Part shown: positions 32,286 through 43,300 of the stretch, one piece after another
Layout of the letters: each line of letters opens with the position of its first letter
How positions within the stretch are numbered: the stretch's first letter is position 1
Origin: Acidobacteriota bacterium
GTDB taxonomy: Bacteria; Acidobacteriota; UBA890; WLXD01
Assembly: GCA_965205505.1 (NCBI GenBank)
Contig: CBDBHB010000007.1
Location: forward strand, 128,001 to 192,000
Length of the DNA stretch: 64,000 bases
Direction: 5' to 3'
Made by a program: the position numbers and the translations under genes
The notes under the pieces: model-generated
What the model was told of the DNA's origin: nothing
The model's input: the letters and a program-made list of their open reading frames with translations, nothing else
Database searches by the model: none

Positions 32286-33393
32286 CTACTCGTAAGCTGC
32301 TCTGTACAAGGGAGATCTGGTCGGCAAGGGGCCAGATCTCGACGTCCACGTTCCGCGCTGAACGTTCAACGATCTAACATCCATCTAACATTTCGGCGCT
32401 GGTCCGGTGTCAACAGGGCTGAGGCCTGGTGCGATTCTCCGAGGCAATCATCTTCCGTCGACGGTTCCCGCCTTCTTTCTGGCCGGGTTGCTCCGGGGAT
32501 TTCGCTCCAGGACGCGTTGCGCCCTTCGCGCGTTCGCCTACCTCACCTTGGAGCGGACCGACTTGCTGGCCGCCTGCAGCTCACCGTCCGTCGGCGTCAC
32601 GGTGCACTCCAGGCGGTCGCCCTTGGCGAACAGCACGTAGCTGTCGCCGGGGTCGCCATCGTCTCCCTGCCCCACAGTTTCACCGCGCCGCTCATGGCCT
32701 GTCCGCGCCGCGTACGACGGCGCCACCCGCACCTGTTTCCCGCCCAAGCGCGGACATCTGTGACTCAACGATGGTTCGTGCATCCGTCACGCTACCGGTC
32801 CGCGGCGACGAGCTTGATTTCCTCGTCGTCCGCGCGACGACCCGTTGGATTCGCTGGTCGGAGTCCCAGCTTCCGCCTGGCTCCGCCGCCTCGGCGATGT
32901 AGCTGTACAACTCCCAGTAGTGCCGCACCGGCCCGCCAGTGTAGCCGTAGCCACGTGGCTCACAGGCATCAAGTACCAGTTCGGCCCGATCTTCTCCGAG
33001 CTTACAGACCGCCACGCCGTTCGTCAGCTCTATGCGTAACGTCGGATCTGGAGGTAGCGAATCGTCGAGATCAGGCGGCGGGCCGCCTGTAACCATGAGG
33101 GCATCCAGCCTTCGGGTCATCGTCTTCGGCCACCTTGTCCATAGTCACTCAGTCTGCTTCCGAGGCTCGGTCAACGAGGTGACGTCCCCCTTTCCGTAAA
33201 AAAAGGCGGCGGTGACGGTCGTTGCCCCACCTTCGATGCCGCGATCTATGCCCGCTACCGTTCGCAGGCCCAGCCGTCGTTGTCTCGATCCATTCGCCGC
33301 TGGTACGCGCAGTGGCTGCGTGACACCCCGTTGGGATGCTCACGCCGAAGCACCGTGCAGTTACGGTACGGACCACAGCCGCGCTGCGAGCTT

Positions 33394-34210
33394 CTAAGCA
33401 GGTGGCTTCACCGGTGCCGGGACAGCCCCATAGCCTCCCGTTTCGCAGACCACCCCATCCCCATCCGTGTCGCGCACGAACGGATACGCCGGGTGATCAC
33501 GCCTCACCGGTGCGATCCCGTGCGCTCTCGCCTCGGCGCAGCTAACGAACCCGTTCCTGTCCTCGTCCCACTCCGCGATCGCCTCAGGTGTCTGTGCGGA
33601 GGCGCCCCCTGCTCCTGCCGGCACCCCTCCCGTGCGGGGACACGACCATCCCCGTCGACGCACACCCCGCCAGCACACTCTCCAGCGCATCGGCTTCCGC
33701 CTGATCGATCGTCAGCTCGTATTTCTGGCGCACCGCCACCACCCGCGCGGCGAACCAGCACCGATTCCGCTCCGGCAACCATTCCGCCGCATCATGGTCC
33801 CGTTTCTGATACCGGTTCACGCTCGGCGCGGCGAGTGTCAGGTTGATCAGATCATTGGAGAACCGGCGTTTCGTTCCCCCGTCCGCCGCGCATAGACCAC
33901 TATCGTGCGCCTCTGACCGTGCCACGATGTGCTCGATGTCGGTCTCCGACTTGGATGTGAACCAGCGTCCTGTAAACGGGCCGTACACTCCGCCAAGTTG
34001 TGCGACGATGCGATCCTCGACCGACCGCGAGTACTGGTAATCGCCTGCTTCGTACGGTGAACATCGCCGCTCTGGCGCCACCACCAAACCGCGCCACGAT
34101 GACTGTCCCTGCGCCTCGCTCCCGGGCACCGTCTCAAGCTCCGACACCGACGCTATGCTTGCGCAGCCGACTGCAAGTGCTGACAGTAAGCACAGCGTCC
34201 TCTTCACCAT
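33394..34210 (-). pseudogene. Lipoprotein with DUF1524 (HNH-like) nuclease and C-terminal excalibur Ca-binding domain; frameshift near 33630
   Basis: LAVG-C lipobox; DIEHIVARSEAHDSG…NLTLAAPSVN..QK..DAAEWLP; a second frame gives SCAEARAHG.APVRRDHPAY....DTDGDGVVCE. Confidence 0.8.
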
Positions 34211-34407
34211 GTGACCTACCCGAATCGCTTCGACGTGGCCTTGCTTGCCTCGCCCCAGGGCGAAAGCAACCTCCAGGCGAAGCGGTGTCGAGGTCAGGGC
34301 TGATGTCTCGCAAGCCCGCAGGAGGGTGTTCATCGCTTCCGGAAGCCTCCCAGGAGGCATTAATCTAGTCGGACTATGCTACGCGTCGCGACAGGAGTGC
34401 ACCTGCA

Positions 34408-36081
34408 TTGAAGCCCATAGACCCAGCACGGAGACGGATCTGGATCGCTACCACCCTCGCAATCGCGGCGAGCGTGCTACTCGCCAGCGCTGCAATTTCG
34501 GCACAGGAAGATCTCGACGCGCTCCGGCGCGAAGCCGAGCAGGGCGACGCTGACGCTCAGTACAACCTTGGGCGCATGTACGACGACGGCGAGGCAATTC
34601 GCTGGTATCGTCTCGCTGCCGATCAGGGCCACGCCAACGCGCAGGCCAGCCTCGGATACATGTACGCCAGCGGCCGAGGCGTCACGCGGGATAACGCCGA
34701 AGCCGTGCGCTGGTATCGCTTAGCTGCCCAGCAAGATGACGCGCGTGCGCAGCACTTGCTCGGGGTCATGTACGATTACGGGAGGGGCGTCCCCCAGGAC
34801 GATGCCGAGGCGGCGCGCTGGTACCGCCTGGCCGCCGAGCAGGGTGACGCGACCAGGCAGTACTTGCTCGGGATCAGGTACGCCATGGGCGACGGCGTGC
34901 CGAAGGACGATGCCGAGGCGGTACGCTGGTACCGAATGGCCGCCGACCAGGGTTATGCCACCGCGCAGTACTGGCTCGGGCTCATGTACGCCAACGGCAA
35001 CGGCGTGCCGGAGGACGACGCCGAAGCGGCGCGCTGGTGGCGTCTGGCCGCCGAGCAGGGTGACGCCTCCAGGCAATCACAGCTCGGGGACATATACGCG
35101 TATGGGCGTATCGTCTCCGAGGACAACGCCGAAGCGATGCTCTGGTACCGAATGGCCGCCGATCAGGGTTACGCCTCAGCCCAGAACAGCCTCGGGGACA
35201 TGTACTACTTCGGCGAGGGTGTTCCCAAAAACTTGGCCGAAGCGATGCGCTGGTACCGCCTCGCTGCTGAGCAAGGCTACAACTTCGCCCAGGACAGACT
35301 CGGGGACATGTATGCCGCCGGCGAAGGTGTTTCCCAGGATTATGCCGAAGCCATGCGCTGGTATCGTCTAGCCGCCGAGCAAGGCTACGACTCCGCCCAA
35401 TACAGCCTCGGGTCGATGTACGACTTCGGCGAGGGTGTCCCGGAAGACAATGCTGAAGCCCTCCGCTGGTATCGTCTAGCCGCCGAAGAACGCCAGGGGG
35501 TGTTCGCCGGTCTTCCGGGAAACGCCTATGCCCAGTTCACCCTCGGGGTCATGTACGCCAACGGCGAGGGTGTCCGCAGGGACCGCGCTGAAGCCCTCCG
35601 CTGGTACCGCCTGGCCGCCGAGCAGGGTTACGCCAGCGCGCAGTTTAACCTCGGGGTCATGTACGCTAACGGGCGTGGCCGGGGCGTCCGCAAGGACGAG
35701 GCCGAAGCGGTGCGCTGGTATCGCTTGGCCGCCGAGCAAGGCGACGCTGACGCGCAGCTCAACCTCGGGGTCATGTACGACAACGGGCGGGGCGTCCTCA
35801 AAGACAACACCGAAGCCCTCAGTTGGTACCGCTTGGCCGCCGAACAGGGTGACGCCAAGGCCCATTTCAACCTTGGGCTCAAGTACGCCAACGGCGAAGG
35901 TGTCCTCAAGGATTCCGTGCTTGCGCACATGTGGTTCAACATCGCCGGCGCTAATGGGAACGAAGCCGCCAGGAGGCGTAGGGGCAACCTTGAACCAGAC
36001 ATGACCGGCGCCCAGATCAGCCGAGCGACCGAACTGGCGCGGGCGTGCATGGCCTCCGACTACCAGGACTGCGAGCCGTAG
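34408..36081 (+). CDS. Secreted Sel1-like repeat (SLR) protein, about 13 repeats
   Basis: Signal peptide followed by 36-aa repeats AQxxLGxMYxxGxGVxxDxAEAxRWYRLAAEQG. Confidence 0.95.
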   Translation: MKPIDPARRRIWIATTLAIAASVLLASAAISAQEDLDALRREAEQGDADAQYNLGRMYDDGEAIRWYRLAADQGHANAQASLGYMYASGRGVTRDNAEAVRWYRLAAQQDDARAQHLLGVMYDYGRGVPQDDAEAARWYRLAAEQGDATRQYLLGIRYAMGDGVPKDDAEAVRWYRMAADQGYATAQYWLGLMYANGNGVPEDDAEAARWWRLAAEQGDASRQSQLGDIYAYGRIVSEDNAEAMLWYRMAADQGYASAQNSLGDMYYFGEGVPKNLAEAMRWYRLAAEQGYNFAQDRLGDMYAAGEGVSQDYAEAMRWYRLAAEQGYDSAQYSLGSMYDFGEGVPEDNAEALRWYRLAAEERQGVFAGLPGNAYAQFTLGVMYANGEGVRRDRAEALRWYRLAAEQGYASAQFNLGVMYANGRGRGVRKDEAEAVRWYRLAAEQGDADAQLNLGVMYDNGRGVLKDNTEALSWYRLAAEQGDAKAHFNLGLKYANGEGVLKDSVLAHMWFNIAGANGNEAARRRRGNLEPDMTGAQISRATELARACMASDYQDCEP

Positions 36082-36885
36082 GCCAGCCGCTACGGCGGGC
36101 TAGCCTAGGCTAGCCTTGAGGCAGCGCGGGCCTTAGTTACTAAGAAGTCTCCGCATTGGAACATCAATCGCTACCGATCGCGGGCAGCGGCAAGTCGGTT
36201 GCGGTCGGCACGGGCGGCCGCCACGTCGGCAGTCTTGCCCCTAACGTGCGCCAGAGAATTCCTACCGCCCCTTGGTGACGACCGGCATCCCCGCCTCTGC
36301 CACTTTCGAATCTCATCCGCCGATCGCCTAAGCGCCTTCGCCAGCCGGACGCAGCTCATCAAGTGTCGACAGATCGCCGAGATCCGATGTCGGCCGCGTT
36401 CTCAGTGAAGCGCCACCGTCCGATCGGAGGCCATGCTGCCGTTGCGCGATCCGTTCGAGCGTTGCGGCCCGGCATTTTACCGCATCCACACCGGAGCTAT
36501 CTTGCGTCGCCTTCGCGCCCGTGAGCATCGCTTCGATCGCAACGCCGGCCCGGATCAGCCGGCAGAGCTCACCGACGGTCATCCGCATGCCGCCCTTCGA
36601 CATCGCGGCGAGTTCGGATCGGCGGTTCGCTGGGGATCCCCCACCGCCCATCGAGCCGGCGGCAAACCGCACTGTACGTCGGAATAGGTTGGTTCGCCGC
36701 GTCGGCACGGTGCAGGATGTGCGCGTACGGCAACGACCACCAGCGCGAGCGCGATCACTGCCCCCAACCACGATCAACGCATCGATCACGCCGGCTGCCA
36801 CGAGCACGATCAGGACCAACGAGCGCACCACAAAGATCACCGCGCCCACCACCTTCGACCCCGACGCCGAGACATTGGACCCGAC

Positions 36886-39016
36886 ATGAACCACAGCGAG
36901 ATCACGAGCTTCATCTGGGGCGTAGCGGACCTGATCCGCGACACCTTCAAGCGAGGCAAGTACCAGGACGTGATCCTGCCGCTCACCGTGCTGCGGCGCC
37001 TCGACTGCGTGCTGGCCCCCACCAAAGGGCAGGTGCTGGCGGTCCAGGCCAAGTACCGGGGCAGGATCGAGAACCTCGAGCCGCAGCTTCGGCGCGCCTC
37101 CGGCTTCGCGTTCTACAACACCTCCCGCTACGACTTCGACAAACTGCTCGCTGACGCGCCCCACATCGCTCAGAACCTGCGCAACTGGATCGCAGGGTTC
37201 AGCCCCAACATGCGCGAGGTGCTGGAGAAGTTCGACTTCGACAACACCATCGCCAAGCTCGACGAGGCGGGGCTCCTGTTCCAGGTCTTGCAGCGGTTCG
37301 GCGACCCGAAGGTGAATCTGCACCCGGACCTGGTCGACAACTTTCACGATGGGCACGGTCTTCGAGGAGCTCATCCGGAAGTTCAACGAGGCGCTGAACG
37401 AAAACCCGGGTGAGCACTTCACTCCCCGCGATGTGGTCCATCTCATGGTGGACCTGTTGCTGGCTGGCGACGAGCAACGGCTGCGTACCAAGGGGGTCGT
37501 GCTGAGCGTCTACGACCCGTGCTGCGGCTCGGGCGGCATGCTCACCATCGCCAAGGAGCACATCAACGTGGGAGAAAGGCGCGAGGGCGAACTCTGCGGC
37601 AGCGCCGTGAACCCTGATGCCGACATTCACCTGTTCGGCCAGGAGGTGAACCCGGAGACCTTCGGCATCTGCAAATCGGATCTCTTCATGAAGTCGGAAG
37701 ACGGCCGCGACGCGGACAACGTCCTGTTCGGCAGCACGCTCTCCAACGACCGGCACGCCAGCACAACGTTCGACTACATGATCGCCAATCCACCCTACGG
37801 CAAGGACTGGAAGCGCGACCAGGACGCGGTGCGGGCCGAGCACGACCGGGGAGACGCCGGTCGCTTCGGTGCGGGCTTGCCGCGGATCAGCGATGGCCAG
37901 CTGCTGTTCCTATTGCACATGCTCGCGCACTCCAAGGAGCACGCCCAGGGCGGCTCGCGGGTCGCGATCATCATGAACGGCTCGCCGCTCTTTACCGGTG
38001 ATGCGGGCAGCGGTGAGAGCGAGATCCGCCGCTGGATCCTCGAGAACGATCTGCTGGAAGCGCTGATCGCACTGCCCGAGCAGCTGTTCTACAACACGGG
38101 CATCGCGACCTATGTCTGGGTGCTCACGAACCGGAAACGGCCTGAGCGGGCTGGCAGGGTGCAGCTCATCGATGCCACCTCGTTCTGGGTCCCGCTACGC
38201 AAGAGCCTGGGTGCGAAGCGTCGCGAGGTACCGTTGGAGCGAAAGGAGGAGATTCTGCAGCTGCTGGCGGAGTTCGAGGATGGCGCGATCCGCAAGGTGG
38301 TCCAGGACGGCGAGGAGCGCGAGGTTGTCGTCAGCCGCATCTACCCGACCACGCACTTCGGCTTTCGCAAGATCACGGTGGAGCGTCCGCTCAAGCTCGA
38401 TTTCCAGGCCAGCCCCGAGCGGACTGCTCGGCTCGAAGAGGAGCGCACCTTCGTCAACCTGGCGGTTTCGCGCAAGAAGGGCGAAGCGAAGGCGAAGGAC
38501 GAGGAGGCGGGCCAGGAGCAACAGGCCGAGATCCGGGCCCTGCTGCAGAATCTGCCGGACGAGCTGTTCCTGGATCGAGCGGTCTTCGAGGCCGAGCTTT
38601 CCCAGGCGGCCCAAGAAGCGAAGCTCAAGCTCGCTGCTCCCATCAAGAAGGCCATTTTCTCCGCGTTGTCCGAGCGCAACGAGGAGGCAGAGATCTGCCG
38701 AGACCGGGAAGGTCTCCCTGAGCCTGATCCCCAGCTTCGCGACACGGAGAGAGTGCCGCTGCTGGAGGATGTCGAGTCGTTCTTCGAGCGGGAGGTGAAG
38801 CCGCACGTTCCCGACGCCTGGATCGACACGAAACGCCGGGATGCGCGGGATGGACAGGTCGGGCTCGTGGGCTACGAGATCAACTTCAACCGCTACTTCT
38901 ACGAATACGTTCCGCCGAGGCCGTTAGAGGAAATCGAGGCGGACATCCGGTCAATCGGACAGGAGATCGTGATGGCACTTGCCGAGCTCACTCACGCGGC
39001 CACCACGCGCGAATGA
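36886..39016 (+). pseudogene. hsdM: Type I RM methyltransferase subunit, frameshift at ~37342-37344
   Basis: FIWGVAD, ILPLTVLRRLDC, GEHFTPRDV, YDPCCGSGGML, NPPY and GYEINFNRYFY motifs; deleting one T (AACTTTCACGATG) restores DNFTMGTVFEE. Confidence 0.93.
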
Positions 39017-40326
39017 ACCTCATGGGCGCTCACGACCCGATCGGAACGCAGCTTCTCCGTTCCATGCCCGACCGCTGGCCCGTCACAAGAATGAAGGCTG
39101 CCCTTCGCCGGATTGAAGATCGATCCCGTACTGGGGTGGAGACCCTGCTCGCGGTCTCCGAATACTACGGAGTCAAGCCTCGGCAGGACGTGATCGGTGA
39201 AGACGAGTTTCTTTCCCGTTCAGAGTCGTTGGAGGGCTATAAGCGCTGCAGGGCAGGCGATCTCGTGATCAACATAATGCTCGCGTGGAAGACCGCTCTC
39301 GGTGTTGCGGCCTGCGACGGGATCGTCAGCCCGGCCTACGAGGTATTTCGGCCGAAGAGAGGGACGGTCGATCCCCGGTTCTTAGGTTATTTGCTCCGAT
39401 CTCGGCACTACGTGGTGCTCTTCAAGAGCTGGTCCTACGGGATCGTCGACTCCAGGCTACGGCTCTATCCGGATGTCTTTCTCCGCTTGCCACTCGTAAC
39501 GCCACATCCCGAAGAACAGAAGGCCATCGCCGCTTTCCTGGACCGCGAGACAGCGAAGATCGATGGGTTGGTGGCGGACAAGGAGCGGCTGATCGAGCTA
39601 CTTCAGGAGAAACGCACCGCCCTCATCACCCGTGCTGTCACCCGGGGCCTGGACCCGAACGTCCCCATGAAGGATTCCGGTGTGGAGTGGCTGGGCGAGG
39701 TCCCGGCGAACTGGAATGTGCACCGGCTAAAGTTCCTTCTCCAAGAGCCCCTGCATTACGGGGCGAACGAGCCCGCAGAACTGATGGACCCAGACTTGCC
39801 ACGGTACATCCGGATCACTGACGTCGGTGAGGATGGACGGCTGCGAGAAGAGACGTTCCGCTCCATTCCAGAGGACATCGCAAGACCGCACCTACTCCGA
39901 GATGGCGACCTTCTGTTCGCTAGGAGCGGGGCTACTGTCGGCAAGACGTTCCGTTTCGATCCAAGTTGGGGCAGAGCCGCACATGCAGGCTACCTAATCC
40001 GGGCTCGCCTCAAGTCGCCGCGCTGTAATAGTCGCTTCGTGCGTTACTTCACGACCTCCGTAAGCTAATGGAGTTGGCTGCGAAGTAACTTCATCCAGGC
40101 GACGATTCAGAATGTCAGTGCCGACCGATACGCAAATCTAGAAATACCCCTGCCGAAGCTGCGAGAACAACAAGCGATTGTGTATCGCCTGGACCGCGAG
40201 ACGGCCAAGATCGACGCCCTCACCGGCAAGATCCGCCAAGCCATTGAGCACCTCAAAGAGTTCCGCACCGCGCTGATCTCCGCAGCGGTCACCGGCAAGA
40301 TCGACGTCCGGGAACAAGCGGCATGA
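39013..40326 (+). pseudogene. hsdS: Type I RM specificity subunit with in-frame TAA at 40066-40068
   Basis: Two TRDs with conserved EQ.AI..FLDRETAKID, MKDSGVEWLGEVP and C-terminal LISAAVTGKIDVR; the frame continues after the stop to TGA 40326, overlapping the hsdR ATG. Confidence 0.92.
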
Positions 40327-43300
40327 GCCCCGAGGTCTCCGAGCAGGCCTTCGAGGAGGCGATCGAGTACGCGCTGCTGCGGAACGGGATCGGCGCGCGC
40401 CCGGACGATACGACGGCCGTGGGAGAGTCAGCGCCCGAGTACGACGATGAGCCGGTGCCGGGCGGCTACCGCAAGCGTCGGCCGGAGGACTACGACCGCG
40501 GCCTCTGCCTGATTCCGTCCGATGTCGTCGACTTCCTCCTGGCCACCCAGCCCAAGGAGTGGGACAAGCTCAAGCAGCACCACGGCGCTCACGTGAAGGT
40601 GCGCTTCCTGAGCCGGCTGTCGCGCGAGATCGGCCGGCGGGGGGCACTCGACGTACTCCGCAATGGCGTCAAAGACTCGGGCTGCAGGTTCCGGCTCGCT
40701 TACTTCCGGCCTGCGAGCGGGCTCAACGAACAGCTGCAGCGCCTTCACGCGGCCAACCTCTTTGCCGTGGTGCGCCAGCTTCGCTTCAGCGAGCAGAGCG
40801 AGGAGAGCCTCGATCTCGCGCTGTTTTTGAACGGCATCCCCATCTTCACGGCCGAGCTCAAGAACCCGCTCAACGGCCAGGACGTGCAGGACGCCATCCA
40901 GCAGTACCGGCACAACCGTGACCCCCGGGAGCCGCTCCTCTCCTACGGGCGCTGCCTTGCCCACTTCGCCGTGGACCCGGAGCTGGTGTTCGTGACGACG
41001 CAGCTGTCCGGGCCCGGGACCCGGTTCCTACCCTTCAACCAAGGGCGCTTCGGCGGCGCAGGGAATTCACCGGTCCCGCCCACCCGTCCGGGCTTTCCGA
41101 CCGACTACCTGTGGGAGCAGATCTGGGCCCGGGACAGTGTCCTGGACCTGCTCCGTCAGTTCATTCACGAGGTGCAGGAGGAGGACGATGCCGGACGCAA
41201 GACCGGCAAGCGCTTCCTGATCTTCCCGCGCTACCAGCAGCTGGACTGCGTGCGCCGCCTTGTGCGCCATGCGCGAGAGCACGGCACCGGCGAGCGCTAT
41301 CTGATCCAGCACTCTGCGGGCAGCGGCAAGAGCTTCACGATCGCCTGGCTCGCCCACCAGCTCTCGGTGCTGCATGACCGAGAGGACCGGCGTGTGTTCG
41401 ACTCGGTCATCGTGGTGACCGATCGGCGGGTGCTCGATCGCCAGTTGCAGCGCACCATCCGGCAGTTCGAGCAGACCCTCGGCGTGGTGGAAAACATCGA
41501 CCAGACCTCCCGCCAGCTGCGTGAGGCTCTCGAGGCTGGCCGGACGATCATCGTCACCACGCTGCAGAAGTTCCCGGTGATCGCCGAGCAGATCGGCCAG
41601 CTCCCCGGTCAGCGCTTCGGAGTCATCGTGGACGAGGCCCATTCTTCGCAGTCTGGCGAGAGCACCAAGAGCCTCAAGGCGGTGCTCAGAGCAGGGACTC
41701 TGGAGCAGGCCGAACAGGAGGAAGTGGGCGCGGAGACCCCCGAAGAGGAGATCGACAACCGGGTCCTCGACGAGATCCAAAGCCGCGGGCGGCAGCCGAA
41801 CCTCTCGACGTTCGCCTTCACGGCGACCCCGAAGCCCAAGACGCTGGAGCTGTTCGGCCACAAGCGGCCGGACGGGAAGTTCGAGCCCTTCCATCTTTAC
41901 AGCATGCGCCAGGCGATCCAGGAGAGGTTCATCCTCGACGTGCTCGCCAACTACACCACCTACAAGGCCTACTGGCGCCTGCTGAAAAAGATCGAGCAGG
42001 ACCCGCGGTACGACAAGAGTCAGGCGGAGTACCTGCTCAAGTCCTTCGTCGAGCTGCACCCGCATGCCATCCGCGACAAGATCGCCATCTGCGTGGAGCA
42101 TTTCGCCGCGCAGGTCGCACGTGAGATCCGCGGGCGGGCCAAGGCGATGATCGTGACGCGATCACGCCTGCACGCGGTGCGGGCCAAGCTCGCTCTGGAT
42201 CAGTATCTGGACGATAAGGGCCATCCGTACAGGGCGCTCGTCGCTTTTTCCGGAACGGTGAAGGACAAGGGCGCCTCCTACACGGAGTCCGGCATGAACT
42301 CCGCCGGGCAGGAGCGAGTGATCGGCGAGCGGCAGACGGCAGACGAGTTCGGCAAGCCTCAGTACCGCTTCCTGGTGGTCGCCAGCAAGTTCCAGACCGG
42401 ATTCGATCAGCCATTGCTGCACACGATGTACGTGGACAAGAAGCTCGGTGGGGTGAACGCGGTCCAGACGCTGTCCCGCCTGAACCGCACCCACCCCGGC
42501 AAGAAGGGCACGATGGTGCTCGACTTCGCCAACGAGGCCGAGGAGATCCGGAAAGCCTTCGAGCCGTACTACGAGACCACCCTGCTTTCCGAGGAGACCG
42601 ACCCCAACCTCCTGTACGAAGTCCAGGACAGGCTGCTCAACTACGGCGTGTTCGCGGCCGACGACGTGGAGGCCTTCGGGCGGGTGTACTTCGACCCCAA
42701 GGGCACCCAGGACAGACTGTACGCGGCGCTGGAGCCGGCGCGTCAGCGCTTCGGGGAGCTTGGGCCCGAGGAGGGAGGCGACTTCCGTGGCGACCTCAGC
42801 GACTACGCGCGCCTGTACGCGTTCCTGTCCCAGGTGCTGAGATTCGCCGACCTCGACCTGGAGAAGCTCTACGTCTTTGCCCGACACCTCAGGCGCCTGC
42901 TGCCGGCCAGCCGTGAGGAGTTACCTCTCGAGGTGCAGCAGAACATCGACATGGAGTCCTTCCGCATCCAGCAGACGAGCCAGGGCTCAATCGCGCTGGA
43001 GCGGCAGGTCTGGCCGCTCGACCCGGCCGGCAGCAAGCCGCACAGTGGGGCCGGCGCGCAGGAACTGGAGGCGCTCTCGCGCATCATCGAGGCGCTCAAC
43101 GAGCGCTTCGGCACAGAGCTCGGCCCTGAGCACCGCGTCGCACTCGAGCGCATCCGGTTGGCCCTGGAAGAGGACGACGGGCTGGAGGCCAGCGCCCGGG
43201 TGAACACGCGCGAGAACGTGCGGCTGACCTTCGACCCCAAGGTTGAGGACAAGTTCCAGGAGTTCGTCGAGACCAACTTCGAGCTGTACAAGCGCATCAC

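Noticed and set aside
32400-33380. Short ORFs after the tRNA-Leu fragment, and similar ones at 36170-36880 and 43900-44950
   Set aside because: They look like degraded coding sequence, but I could not assign any family, so no feature is called.
34540-35900. CRISPR-like periodic repeats
   Set aside because: The 108-bp period is in-frame Sel1 coding repeat with no unique spacers. No CRISPR array or cas gene was seen anywhere in the window.
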